From assembly GCA_015062485.1 (NCBI GenBank), contig SUUO01000005.1, forward strand, positions 658 to 64,657: a DNA stretch of 64,000 nt, given 5' to 3'. Both the position numbers and the translations under genes were made by a program. The notes beneath the pieces were generated by a model. The model did no database searches. It saw only the letters and a program-made list of their open reading frames with translations, and was not told the origin of the DNA. Shown here one piece after another: positions 1 through 10,050 of this stretch; position 1 is the first letter of the stretch; every line of letters begins with the position of its first letter. The DNA is from Alphaproteobacteria bacterium (GTDB lineage: Bacteria > Pseudomonadota > Alphaproteobacteria > Rs-D84).

Positions 1-500
1 TTTCGGCGTCTGGTTCACTGTCTTGGAATAACCGCCCATCGGAAACATATGGCGCCGGTATGGATGAAATGAGTGGCAGCATCGGCATCCGCGCATCAAT
101 GCCAATATTTGCGGGTTTTGCAAACCTGTACGGCGTTAAATCCGCCCAGGCAAATTATGAACGCGCAATCGAAGCCGAACGCCAAATTAACGACAATGCA
201 TCACTGGATGTATTTACGGCATATCAAAACTATAAAACCGCACAAAAGGTTTTAACCCAAACCGAAACATTGCTTGCATCTGCAACGGAATCCGAACGTG
301 TGACATCGGGGATGTATCGTGTTGGACGTGCCACAATGTTGGATTGGCAAACGGTACAATCTGAATTACTAAATGCCCAGCAACAACACAATGCCGCACG
401 CTATGATTTATTCACTAAACGTGCCGCAGTCGCATTATCAGTTGGCGAAATTATGGCAGAAATTGAAAAGGAAGAAATCGATGACAAAGAAAACGAATAA
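1..500 (+). CDS. TolC-family outer-membrane efflux protein, C-terminal fragment (gene starts upstream of the window)
   Basis: The frame is open from nt 3 with no stop. The helical C-terminal sequence (NYERAIEAERQ...RYDLFTKRAAVALSVG) is typical of OMF/TolC proteins. An overlapping adaptor gene follows. Confidence 0.65.
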   Translation, partial: SASGSLSWNNRPSETYGAGMDEMSGSIGIRASMPIFAGFANLYGVKSAQANYERAIEAERQINDNASLDVFTAYQNYKTAQKVLTQTETLLASATESERVTSGMYRVGRATMLDWQTVQSELLNAQQQHNAARYDLFTKRAAVALSVGEIMAEIEKEEIDDKENE

Positions 501-1713
501 GAAAAAACTGGTCCAAACACCTGAAAAGAAACGCCCCTGGTATAAACGTATTCTATCGTGGTTATGGCGTAAACGTTGGTGGATAATGATATTGATTGTT
601 GCGACACTGGGTGGATTTTTCATCTTTGGTGGCGATGAAAATAAACGCGCCGAATATTCAACTGTACGCATTACGCGTGGCGACCTGCGCCAGGTGGTGA
701 CCGCCACTGGTGAAATACAACCTGTAAATACCGTCAACGTTGGTTCCCAGGTGTCTGGCACAATTGACAACCTGTATGTAGATTTTAATTCGACCGTACA
801 AAAAGGCGACGTACTTTTAACAATCGAACCATCTGTATTACAGGCAACGGTTGATGAATCCAAGGCGTCTCTGGACAGTGCGATTTCACAACGCGACTAT
901 GCAAAAAGTGAATACGAACGCAACAAATATTTATACAGCGAAGGCTTTATTTCCCGCGCCGAAATGGAACAATCCGAAACATCTTATAACCAGGCAGAAT
1001 CATCCGTAAAACGCGCACAATCTACATACGACCGTGCGGTGACAAATCTGGGGTACGCAACAATTACGTCACCCGTTAATGGCACGGTTATCTCGCGCAA
1101 GGTTGATGTTGGCCAAACGGTTGCGGCATCGTTCCAAACACCGGACCTGTTTGAAATCGCCGAAGATTTAACAAAAATGCAAATCGAAACATCCGTATCA
1201 GAGGCCGACATTGGCGTCATAGCTGACGGTCAACCGGTCACATTTACCGTTGACGCATACCCAACCGAAACGTTCGAGGGGGTTGTACGCCAAATCCGTC
1301 TGTCACCGACGGTAACATCAAACGTTGTTGTTTATACCGTTGTAATTGATGTTGATAACACAGATTTGCGCCTGAAACCAGGGATGACCGCATTTGTGAC
1401 AATTATAATTTCCGAGAAAGAAAACGTATGGAAGGCTGCAAATTCCGGCTTTCTTGTACGTTCATTCAGGGGGATATTAGATGACGCCGACATTAATGGC
1501 GCCACCCCACAAACACATTTAATGTTAATGCGCGATGAAAATATCATTCTGGTCCCATACGAAAAGGGGCTAAGCACCGCAACCGAAACAGAAATCATAT
1601 CGGATGAAATCCAGGTGGGCGACCAAATTGTGACGGGCCGTGTTGGCGCAACCACAATGTCATCGGGCAATCAGATGCGAATGGGCAACCCAATGGGCGG
1701 TCCCCGCCGATAA
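481..1713 (+). CDS. HlyD/MacA-type periplasmic adaptor (membrane fusion protein)
   Basis: The ATG at 481 overlaps the upstream stop. It has an N-terminal TM segment (WWIMILIVATLGGFFIF), barrel-sandwich motifs (GEIQPVNTVNVGSQVSGTI; ITSPVNGTVISRKVDVGQTV) and a coiled-coil hairpin between them. Confidence 0.8.
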   Translation: MTKKTNKKKLVQTPEKKRPWYKRILSWLWRKRWWIMILIVATLGGFFIFGGDENKRAEYSTVRITRGDLRQVVTATGEIQPVNTVNVGSQVSGTIDNLYVDFNSTVQKGDVLLTIEPSVLQATVDESKASLDSAISQRDYAKSEYERNKYLYSEGFISRAEMEQSETSYNQAESSVKRAQSTYDRAVTNLGYATITSPVNGTVISRKVDVGQTVAASFQTPDLFEIAEDLTKMQIETSVSEADIGVIADGQPVTFTVDAYPTETFEGVVRQIRLSPTVTSNVVVYTVVIDVDNTDLRLKPGMTAFVTIIISEKENVWKAANSGFLVRSFRGILDDADINGATPQTHLMLMRDENIILVPYEKGLSTATETEIISDEIQVGDQIVTGRVGATTMSSGNQMRMGNPMGGPRR

Positions 1714-1790
1714 AAATCCCCCGTTTGGGGGATTGTTATTACCCCCCCAACCCCCAGCACTGGATAAAATTAAATAGAATGATTTAGATA

Positions 1791-1846
1791 AAAGCAAATC
1801 GGGCATCGCAGTGTACAAATGCTACATAAGATGCCCGATTTGCTTT
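1791..1846. terminator. Hairpin with a 17-bp stem between convergent genes
   Basis: aaagcaaatcgggcatc (1791-1807) pairs perfectly with gatgcccgatttgcttt (1830-1846). Confidence 0.7.
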
Positions 1847-1870
1847 TAGATGAATTATTATATTTAATTT

Positions 1871-2587
1871 TTATGCTGCGGCGGTGAAGACTTTCTGCAC
1901 ATCGTCGTTCGCATCCAATGCATCAACCAACTTTTCAATTTTTGCATACGCTTCGTCATCCAGGTCCATTGGCATATTTGGAATCCAGGTTAATTCGGCC
2001 TGTTCTGGTTCGCCAAGTTTATCGGCCAAGAATTTCTGGGCATTGATAAAATCTTCGGGTTTGGTTGTGATGATAAAGCCCTCTTCGGATGTTTCCAGAT
2101 TGTCGGCATTTGCATCCATAATGATTTCCATCATTTCATCTTCGGTTTTGCCGATTGATGCCGGGTACATAATCTGACCCGCACGTGTGAACATAAATAC
2201 AACCGACCCTTCTTCGCCCATATTGCCACCATTTTTGGCAAAGATATTGCGGATTTCTGGAACGGTACGACGTGGATTGTCGGTCAGGGCCTCTACAATA
2301 ACGGGCACCGCACCGGGACCATAGCCCTCGTAACGGACGGCTTCGTAACTTTCGGTATTTGCACCCGACGCCTTTTCAATTGCACGTTTGATATTGTCGT
2401 TCGGCATAGAATTTTTGCGTGCCGTTAAAATTGCCAGACGCAAACGTGGGTTATTATCTGGATTTTTATCCCCCAACTTTGCGGCCATCGTGATTTCACG
2501 TGCCAGTTTTGTAAACAGACCACTGCGTGCGGCGTCGGCGGCGCCTTTCTTGTGCTGAATATTATGCCATTTACTGTGTCCACTCAT
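1871..2587 (-). CDS. YebC/PmpR-family transcriptional regulator
   Basis: The product starts MSGHSKWHNIQHKKG, the family signature, from the ATG at 2587. Similarity to YebC runs the full length. Confidence 0.9.
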   Translation of the reverse strand: MSGHSKWHNIQHKKGAADAARSGLFTKLAREITMAAKLGDKNPDNNPRLRLAILTARKNSMPNDNIKRAIEKASGANTESYEAVRYEGYGPGAVPVIVEALTDNPRRTVPEIRNIFAKNGGNMGEEGSVVFMFTRAGQIMYPASIGKTEDEMMEIIMDANADNLETSEEGFIITTKPEDFINAQKFLADKLGEPEQAELTWIPNMPMDLDDEAYAKIEKLVDALDANDDVQKVFTAAA

Positions 2588-2638
2588 AGTTTGACCTTTT
2601 GATTTAATTAGATTAAAATTACCCCAAAAGGATAACAG

Positions 2639-3229
2639 ATGATTGGCAAATTGCAAGGCATAGTTGACTATATCGGTGATGGTTTTATAATTTTATTGAC
2701 CCACGGCGTCGGATACAAGGTTTATACCCCCGAATACCTGACCCATAAAAGTACGGTTGAATTGTGGATTGAAACCGTTGTGCGCGAAGATTCAATACGC
2801 CTGTTCGGATTTACAACATTGGCCGCACAAAATTTATTTAATATGCTGACGGGTGTGTCGGGTGTGGGCCCCAAGGTTGCAATGGCAATCCTGGGGACAA
2901 TCAGCGCTGATATGTTAATGTCGGCCATTGCAACGGGGGACGCAAAAACAATTGCAACCGCGCCGGGGGTCGGTAAAAAGGTCGCCGAAAAAATCATCGT
3001 TGAATTGAAAAACAAGGTTGGTGGGGTGTCGGCCACACTGTTTGCACCGGACGTGGGTGAAACGGGCACGTCGTCCGCCCTGCCCGATTTATTGATGGCA
3101 CTGGAATCATTGGGCTATCGTCGTTTGGATATCTTGGAAATGGCGCAAAAACTGGTTAATCAAAATCCAACCGCCGATGTATCAACCCTGGTCCCAATGG
3201 CGTTAAAAGAGATAAGTGGAAACAAATAA
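2639..3229 (+). CDS. ruvA: Holliday junction DNA helicase subunit RuvA
   Basis: N-terminus MIGKLQG.V.....ILLTHGVGYKV, HhH motifs (GVGPKVAMAIL, APGVGKKVAEKII), about 196 aa. Confidence 0.9.
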   Translation: MIGKLQGIVDYIGDGFIILLTHGVGYKVYTPEYLTHKSTVELWIETVVREDSIRLFGFTTLAAQNLFNMLTGVSGVGPKVAMAILGTISADMLMSAIATGDAKTIATAPGVGKKVAEKIIVELKNKVGGVSATLFAPDVGETGTSSALPDLLMALESLGYRRLDILEMAQKLVNQNPTADVSTLVPMALKEISGNK

Positions 3230-3230
3230 T

Positions 3231-4532
3231 ATGAATAACAACGATACGATCTTTGCATTATCCAGTGGGAATGGAAAATCCGGCGTTGCGGTTATACGCA
3301 TATCGGGCGAAAATTTGGGTGATATATTCGCACGATTTATAAATAAAACGGACATTAAACCACGCCGCGCATATTTTACAAACCTGCGCGATAACGCGGG
3401 TGAATTAATTGATCAATGCCTGGCGATTTATTTCCCCGCCCCACACAGTTTTACCGGCGAAGACGTAATCGAATTACACACCCACGGCGCACCGGCGGTA
3501 ATCAGCGCGGTATTTACATACCTGGGCATAATGGGTATGCGTATGGCGACCCCCGGTGAATTTTCACGACGCGCGTTCTATAACAACAAAATGGATTTGG
3601 CGGACGTTGACGGCCTGGCGGCACTGCTGGATGCCCAAACCGATATACAGCGTAAACACGCCCTGCAATCTATGTTGGGCCGGGACAGTGAAATTTATAA
3701 CACCTGGCGCGGGTCTATGGTTGAAATATCGGCCTTTGCGGCGGCTATGCTGGATTACAGTCCCGACGACCTGCCACCAAACATTGGGGATACAATTCAA
3801 AATCGGACCCAGAAATTATACGATGAAATTGGTGCGGCCCTGCGTGGATATCGAACATCACGCGCAATTCGTGGTGGGATAAATGTCGCACTGGTGGGCG
3901 AAACCAATGTTGGTAAATCTTCAATCTTTAATTTTATGGTCGGTTCTAATCGTGCAATTGTATCCGACATTGCCGGCACAACGCGTGACGTTGTGTCCGC
4001 AACAATCGATATTGATGGTTATATGGTAAATTTATCAGACACCGCCGGCATTCGCGACACAGATGACGTCATAGAAAACATCGGCATTGAGCGCACAAAA
4101 ACCGAAATAGAAAACGCAGACATTGTCATTCGTGTCTATACGCCGGAAAATATGCCTGACAGCGATTGCAAACCGAATGAAATCATTGTTATAAACAAAT
4201 CAGACACTGCCAAAAAGCATCCTTGCAAAAACGCCATATACACATCGGTGCATACGGGCGACGGTATGGATACATTGATGACGATATTGCGCACCAAGAT
4301 TCACGAAATGTTTGACGGACGTGAATCTGATTTATCAATAAACGCGCGCACAAAATCATTATTGGAAACGGCACATAATGAATTGGAAAGCGCAATTAGT
4401 GCGGGCGACAACTATGACATATTTGCCGAACACACACGCCGCGCATCCGACGCCATTGGCAAGATATTGGGAACAATTACCGCAAACGAAATATTGGATA
4501 TGACGTTTGGGCAATTATGCCTAGGGAAATAA
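3231..4532 (+). CDS. mnmE: tRNA modification GTPase MnmE
   Basis: FALSSG.G.SGVAVIRISG at the N-terminus, G-domain motifs GETNVGKSS and DTAGIR, and the C-terminal CLGK motif. The ATG at 3231 is preferred over the GTG at 3216. Confidence 0.9.
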   Translation: MNNNDTIFALSSGNGKSGVAVIRISGENLGDIFARFINKTDIKPRRAYFTNLRDNAGELIDQCLAIYFPAPHSFTGEDVIELHTHGAPAVISAVFTYLGIMGMRMATPGEFSRRAFYNNKMDLADVDGLAALLDAQTDIQRKHALQSMLGRDSEIYNTWRGSMVEISAFAAAMLDYSPDDLPPNIGDTIQNRTQKLYDEIGAALRGYRTSRAIRGGINVALVGETNVGKSSIFNFMVGSNRAIVSDIAGTTRDVVSATIDIDGYMVNLSDTAGIRDTDDVIENIGIERTKTEIENADIVIRVYTPENMPDSDCKPNEIIVINKSDTAKKHPCKNAIYTSVHTGDGMDTLMTILRTKIHEMFDGRESDLSINARTKSLLETAHNELESAISAGDNYDIFAEHTRRASDAIGKILGTITANEILDMTFGQLCLGK

Positions 4533-4559
4533 AAAACCCGGCATCGCCGGGCTTTTTTT
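4531..4559. terminator. Bidirectional intrinsic terminator
   Basis: cccggc/gccggg stem flanked by an A-run and a T-run, between convergent mnmE and secB. Confidence 0.7.
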
Positions 4560-4983
4560 ATTTTGCTTGCTTTTGTTCATACAATTGTGCGAAATCAACC
4601 GGTTGCATTGCAAATGTTGGGAACCCAGATTCACTTGTCAAACGGGTAATCAAACCACGTACCGCCGGGAACAATAATGTTGGCACATCAATTAACAATG
4701 TACGTTTTTTTGCTTCTTCGTCTTTTTCTTCTTCCATTTGAACCAAACCGGAATACGTTGATTCAATCAAGAAAATAGATTTTTCACCCGCCTCTAACTT
4801 GGAATGAACCTTGGTAATCAAATCAACCATAAACAGATTGTTTTCAGCACCCTTAATCTGAATATCAATGTTGATTTCTAATTTTGCCTGGCCGTTGTCT
4901 TGTTTAAAAAACAGTTCTGGCACATTTGGACTTTCAAAAGAAATGTCTTTCAAAAACTGGGATATAATATTGAATTTTGCCAT
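4558..4983 (-). CDS. secB: Protein-export chaperone SecB
   Basis: 141 aa, similar to SecB throughout (IISQFLKDISFESPNVPELF...), with an acidic C-terminus. Confidence 0.85.
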   Translation of the reverse strand: MAKFNIISQFLKDISFESPNVPELFFKQDNGQAKLEINIDIQIKGAENNLFMVDLITKVHSKLEAGEKSIFLIESTYSGLVQMEEEKDEEAKKRTLLIDVPTLLFPAVRGLITRLTSESGFPTFAMQPVDFAQLYEQKQAK

Positions 4984-5089
4984 TATTTTATCTCCTTTTC
5001 TGGCGTTTTAAGACACTGGACTTATATTTGTCTTTTATGATAATATAGCATTATAAAATAATTTTACAAGTGGGGGATGGGTACAAAGT

Positions 5090-6178
5090 ATGAGAAAATT
5101 GTCTTTTAAATTTTTAGGTATTATTTTTGCGATTTTAACATTGGCGTCTTGTGACCTGTCGACCCCAACATCATCAACGGATAATGCGGTTGTGCCATCT
5201 AATTTCAAGCGTGTTTCTTATTCCCAATTACCTGGTTGGCGTGATGATGATGTGCGCTATGCCTTGCAGGCGTTTCGTAATTCGTGCCGCGCAAAAATTC
5301 AATATGTTGGGCGTGTAATTCCAGACAAAGAATTGTTTGCGGAAAAATGTCGTATGTTGCCATCTGCGTCGGCGGACGTTGCAACCGTGCGCGCGTGGTT
5401 TGAATCTCATTTTCAACCATATCAAATCTTTAACGATAATGGTGGGGACCGTGGGACGTACACCGGATATTATTCACCGGTAATTCCGGGATGCCGTACA
5501 AAAACGGCCCAGTGTAATGAACCCTTGATGGGAATACCGACGGACGGCCGTGGATACAAAGGCGTGCCCAAGAAAGACATTGTTGAAAAGAAAATCGGCC
5601 GCGTATTGTATTGGGCAAATGTTGTGGATGTTCAAAATATTCAGATTCAAGGGTCGGGTGTACTGCGCCTGGAAGACGGGACGAATGTGAAATTAAACTT
5701 TGCGGCGGTAAATGATATGCCGTTTAAATCCATTGGCGAAGAATTGCGTCGTCGTGGCATTCGCCCGGCGGGTGGATATTCGGCGGATGCGGTTTGGACA
5801 CACTTGAAACAAAACCCGTCATTGGCACGTGATGTTATTTATACAAATCCACGATATGTTTATTTCTATGAATCCAAACCGGCCGATGTAATCGGAAAAT
5901 TGGGTACACCATTATCCAAGATTCGCAGTGTCGCAATGGATGACGATTTATATACCTTGGGGTTACCGGTTTATATAAACACTAATTTATCAGATGGCCG
6001 TCCATTCCGTCGCCTTATGATTGCCCAGGACACCGGCAGTGCAATCCGCGGTTGGATTCGTGCGGATATATTCTTTGGCTCTGGCGACGAGGCATACAAA
6101 TTGGCCCAGGGTCAACACGCCCAGGGACAGATGTTTATCCTGATGCCGAAAGTATACAGTTATGTCAAACCAGAATAA
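5090..6178 (+). CDS. mltA: Membrane-bound lytic murein transglycosylase A (MltA family)
   Basis: Lipobox LTLASC, MltA-specific region (YTGYYSP...), and a C-terminal 3D domain (AQDTGSAIRG..RADIFFGSGDEA). Confidence 0.8.
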   Translation: MRKLSFKFLGIIFAILTLASCDLSTPTSSTDNAVVPSNFKRVSYSQLPGWRDDDVRYALQAFRNSCRAKIQYVGRVIPDKELFAEKCRMLPSASADVATVRAWFESHFQPYQIFNDNGGDRGTYTGYYSPVIPGCRTKTAQCNEPLMGIPTDGRGYKGVPKKDIVEKKIGRVLYWANVVDVQNIQIQGSGVLRLEDGTNVKLNFAAVNDMPFKSIGEELRRRGIRPAGGYSADAVWTHLKQNPSLARDVIYTNPRYVYFYESKPADVIGKLGTPLSKIRSVAMDDDLYTLGLPVYINTNLSDGRPFRRLMIAQDTGSAIRGWIRADIFFGSGDEAYKLAQGQHAQGQMFILMPKVYSYVKPE

Positions 6179-6497
6179 CGACGATAAATTTTCACGACGT
6201 GCCGCCCGACCACAAAGTATGGCCGGTGTTATGGGTGGATTTTTAAAAATGTTTGGCGCACGCGCATCGGATTCAGATTTGGTGGCACGGTGGGCTGAGA
6301 TTATGGGGCCGGACATCGCGGCGGTGGCGACATTGGCCGCAATAAAAAAAATGCGTGATGATAAATTTAATGTGACAATTCGGCCCGTAAATCCGGCGTA
6401 CACATTACAGTTGTCTTATATGGCGGACGAGATAACCGGGCGCATCAATAAATACTTTGGTTATGACGCGGTCGGAAAAATAAGTTTCAGGAAATGA
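6162..6497 (+). CDS. DUF721 (DciA-like) protein
   Basis: 111 aa. The pattern W..I.G..IA..... with the following beta-rich segment resembles DUF721. It overlaps the mltA stop and the ruvC start. Confidence 0.55.
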   Translation: MSNQNNDDKFSRRAARPQSMAGVMGGFLKMFGARASDSDLVARWAEIMGPDIAAVATLAAIKKMRDDKFNVTIRPVNPAYTLQLSYMADEITGRINKYFGYDAVGKISFRK

Positions 6498-6970
6498 CAA
6501 AACGTGTATTGGGGATTGACCCCGGACTTTTACATACGGGATGGGCGGTTGTGGATACCGTGGGTCAATCACGCAAATATATCGCCAGTGGTGTAATTTT
6601 ACCAAAAACCACCCTGCCTATGTCAGAGCGTTTAGTAACGATATTTCGTGAAGTTTCCAAGATATGCGAAACATTTTCACCAGACGAATGCAGTATTGAA
6701 ATAATTTTTGTTAATAAGAATCCAAAAACCACCCTGATTCTGGGCCAGGCACGTGCCGCGGCAATTGTTGCGGTGGCAAATAATAATATCCCGGTGTTTG
6801 AATATGAACCAAACGTTATAAAAAAGGCCCTGACCGGTGCGGGCCACGCGGATAAATCAGCCGTTGATAAAATGGTTAAAATTTTACTGCCCGTTGCACA
6901 TCCAAAAACCCCGGATGAGGCCGACGCCATCGCCATCGCACTGGCCCACACCAATATGATGCGTATATAG
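6494..6970 (+). CDS. ruvC: Crossover junction endodeoxyribonuclease RuvC
   Basis: VLGIDPGLLHTGWAVVD catalytic N-terminus, and ...EADAIAIALAH near the C-terminus. Confidence 0.9.
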   Translation: MTKRVLGIDPGLLHTGWAVVDTVGQSRKYIASGVILPKTTLPMSERLVTIFREVSKICETFSPDECSIEIIFVNKNPKTTLILGQARAAAIVAVANNNIPVFEYEPNVIKKALTGAGHADKSAVDKMVKILLPVAHPKTPDEADAIAIALAHTNMMRI

Positions 6971-6977
6971 AAATGTC

Positions 6978-9503
6978 CTAGTCCTTGACCCGGGCCAGGT
7001 CATCATAAACCTTGTACTTTTCTTCGCCGGTTTCGTGATATTCATACGGCGCATTCCCAACGGTATAGATGTTAAATAATTCCGATACCTTGCCAGCGGC
7101 GACATCAATCATTGTCTGTGTTGTGTCACTGTCATATGCAATCGGTTCAACCGCACCATTTTTCATCTGTAAAAACATCATTATTGGTGTGGACGACACA
7201 CGCACATCAGGTGGCAAATCAAATCCACCGGATTTCAGCATCAATGCCTCTAATGGTAATTGTGGCATATTCCCCTTGGTCAGCTGTCCCTTGTTCGGGG
7301 CGGTACCCGTTTTAAAATCCATTACCCCGCCATCCCAAACCAAATCTGCACGCGCGCGCACATTACGAAATGACGCACCAATCGGAAACTTTATCCGCCC
7401 CCCTATTTCGTGATATCGCACGGGCAAAGCACCCAGAACATCCGATACAACCGGCGCAATTTCCAAAAATCTTTTATGCCAGAAATGAAACAAGACGCTT
7501 TTTTCACCAATTATTTCACGTGCACGCGCATCCATTTGCGCGACCAAAACATCTGGATTTAAATCGGTTGCGTGTTCGATAACATCGTGCACCAGATTTC
7601 CAAACTTTTTTGCATCCGCCGTAACCCACCAATCATCCAAAACCTTTAATCGCAAAATATGCTTAACATAGAACGCATATGGATTATGAATCAACGTTTC
7701 CAGTTCGGTCACATAAACATCACTCCAATCCGGTGTATCCAGTTGTGGTGGCGAATAATCCAAACCGTTTGGCACCGGCCTGTCACGCGCCGCCACCGCC
7801 CCCAGAATGTCGGCCCCCGCCCCATCATCAAACACACCGCCGCGCGCCATAATGCGGGAAATAAATCTGGACTCGGTCGTTTGAACACCGCCCGACACGG
7901 TCGAACGCAACCAATACACATCCCCGCCACACGACAAATTCATAAAATCTAATGATTGCAAAGAAACCTTACGATTTGGTGACGGCAAACCAATCTGTTC
8001 TGCGACCCGTCGTGGCAACCAGGCATTTTCATACCCGCGCGCGGGAAACATCCCCTCGTTCAGGCCGGTTAAAATTACAACATCTGCGGTCTGCATACGT
8101 GATTCTATCGTACCCAAAACGACCACACGCGTATTGGCATCGGGCGCGCCACGCACCGACACAGATGAAATAGCATCCGCAATAAACGTACGCGCATCAG
8201 ACACATTTAAACGCAACCCAACCACATTTATCGCATTTGATAATTCGCGTATTTTTTCCCAGATATCTGCCGCATCATCTGCGACAAATTGTGGTGCAAA
8301 TTCTAAATCATAGTTTTGAATAATTTCGGCAATCGTATTAAATAAATCATAACCGTTTTTTGTGTAAAATTTATCAAACGTGTCTGATGAACTTTCAATC
8401 CACCCATCTAATAAATTCAATATTGCCCGCCCCGCAGACGTCATTGTGCCGGGCACACCACCTGAAAAATCCCCCACAATTCCACGTGCGCGCAGCGCCG
8501 CCGCAATACGCTGATTTCCGGCGGCATCCGGCGTTATAACCAAGACACTTTTATCTTGCGCCAATGCCCGCGTGGCAATTTCTGCGACAGATGCGGCCTC
8601 GACCGCCTCGTCGGGGCATTTTATTAAATGACAATGCCCCAGGTTTTTATTTCCCCCATACTGTGCCGGATTATTACCAAACGCATAGTTCATAAAATCA
8701 ATCACCGATGCCCCAACATCAATTTGGATAACATCAGACACATCACAACCAATACGCGTTAAAAATTTATATTCTGAATTATATGGATTTGTATCCAGCG
8801 CAAAATCATCAACCCGCCCATCAATTTTCCCAGACAATATAATTCGCCCATATGGCAACCGGGCCACCGCCGCCATTAAATCTGCGGTTGGTGGGACACT
8901 GGCGGTGGAACCACACACGATAACCAATTTATATTTTTCTAAAACATTTATCCAGGCACGAATATCGCTGTTTCTTTGTTGTGTCTGCGTAACACGCCCC
9001 GCCCCAAATTCGGTCATCACCCGCGACATAATATTCAGCATTTGTGCCTTGTCCATAAAATGCGTGGCATATTTTTCATCTACCAAAGATGCCCAATCAA
9101 TCGTTGCAACATCTATCCCTTCGTTTTCAAGATAGTCACACATACGCACCAAATCGCGCGCAATCGGCAATGCCGTCGCCAGGTTGTGTATCTTGGCATC
9201 CGCCGTCAACAAATGCGCCGCCACCACAACACGTTCCATATTTGAAATAACGTCTGGGGTATCTGCTTCATCCGCATATTCGGCTTCATCCACCCCTTCG
9301 CCCAGGGCGACCAAATGCGGCAACAAAACCGCCGTCCCCGCGCGTTTTACCAACGCCATCTCTACCGTACGAACGGCGCGACGACTGGGCAAAAATATTA
9401 GCATATCGCGCAACCCCACCCCCGATGCATCCATAACCTGAAATAATGCATCAATCATTTTTGCCGGATTTGTCGCACAAAAGATATTTTTATTTAATCC
9501 CAA
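6978..9503 (-). CDS. addB: AddB-like double-strand-break repair protein (alphaproteobacterial type)
   Basis: 841 aa. The N-terminal half is a degenerate helicase-like region. The C-terminal PD-(D/E)xK region (GNLVHDVIE...RADLVWDGGVMDFKTG) ends in ...PYEYHETGEEKYKVYDDLARV. Confidence 0.65.
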   Translation of the reverse strand: MGLNKNIFCATNPAKMIDALFQVMDASGVGLRDMLIFLPSRRAVRTVEMALVKRAGTAVLLPHLVALGEGVDEAEYADEADTPDVISNMERVVVAAHLLTADAKIHNLATALPIARDLVRMCDYLENEGIDVATIDWASLVDEKYATHFMDKAQMLNIMSRVMTEFGAGRVTQTQQRNSDIRAWINVLEKYKLVIVCGSTASVPPTADLMAAVARLPYGRIILSGKIDGRVDDFALDTNPYNSEYKFLTRIGCDVSDVIQIDVGASVIDFMNYAFGNNPAQYGGNKNLGHCHLIKCPDEAVEAASVAEIATRALAQDKSVLVITPDAAGNQRIAAALRARGIVGDFSGGVPGTMTSAGRAILNLLDGWIESSSDTFDKFYTKNGYDLFNTIAEIIQNYDLEFAPQFVADDAADIWEKIRELSNAINVVGLRLNVSDARTFIADAISSVSVRGAPDANTRVVVLGTIESRMQTADVVILTGLNEGMFPARGYENAWLPRRVAEQIGLPSPNRKVSLQSLDFMNLSCGGDVYWLRSTVSGGVQTTESRFISRIMARGGVFDDGAGADILGAVAARDRPVPNGLDYSPPQLDTPDWSDVYVTELETLIHNPYAFYVKHILRLKVLDDWWVTADAKKFGNLVHDVIEHATDLNPDVLVAQMDARAREIIGEKSVLFHFWHKRFLEIAPVVSDVLGALPVRYHEIGGRIKFPIGASFRNVRARADLVWDGGVMDFKTGTAPNKGQLTKGNMPQLPLEALMLKSGGFDLPPDVRVSSTPIMMFLQMKNGAVEPIAYDSDTTQTMIDVAAGKVSELFNIYTVGNAPYEYHETGEEKYKVYDDLARVKD

Positions 9504-10050
9504 GTATTGCCCTTATTGGTTCTAAACCCGTCTTTTTTTCCGCCGATGTTTCCAAGATTTCCGGCACCATTGCACCGTGTTCTGTATGCTTGATTTGTGT
9601 TTGATTTGCTTCGCGTACTTTTTTATCTTTTTTTGTATAAATAATCTGATACGGGATTGCATTTGCATCACAAAAATCCATTAAATCCAAATCAGAATCC
9701 CGCACCCCAATTCGCGAATCAATCAGTATAAACAGGCGTTTTAATTGCCGCCGATTTAACAAATATTCTTCCAACCTTTGCAGCCATCGCATTGCATCCG
9801 TCCGTGACACGCGCGCATATCCATAACCCGGCAAATCAACAATCATAACCCGGTCATCGATATTAAACATATTGATACTTTGCGTGCGCCCCGGGGTGTT
9901 TGACGTACGCGCAATGGGCGCCCCAACAACCGCATTAACCAGGGATGATTTACCAACATTACTGCGCCCAATGAACGCATATTCGGCAAATTGCGTCCGC
10001 GGCAGGGATTTGACCGTTTCAAAACTGCCAACAAATTTAATCATCTTCAC
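9490..10050 (-). CDS. engB: Ribosome biogenesis GTP-binding protein YihA/EngB
   Basis: G1 motif GRSNVGKSSLVNA, DLPGYGYA, and TKKDK (NKxD-like). It overlaps neighbours at both ends (operon rsmI-engB-addB). Confidence 0.9.
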   Translation of the reverse strand: MKMIKFVGSFETVKSLPRTQFAEYAFIGRSNVGKSSLVNAVVGAPIARTSNTPGRTQSINMFNIDDRVMIVDLPGYGYARVSRTDAMRWLQRLEEYLLNRRQLKRLFILIDSRIGVRDSDLDLMDFCDANAIPYQIIYTKKDKKVREANQTQIKHTEHGAMVPEILETSAEKKTGLEPIRAILGIK

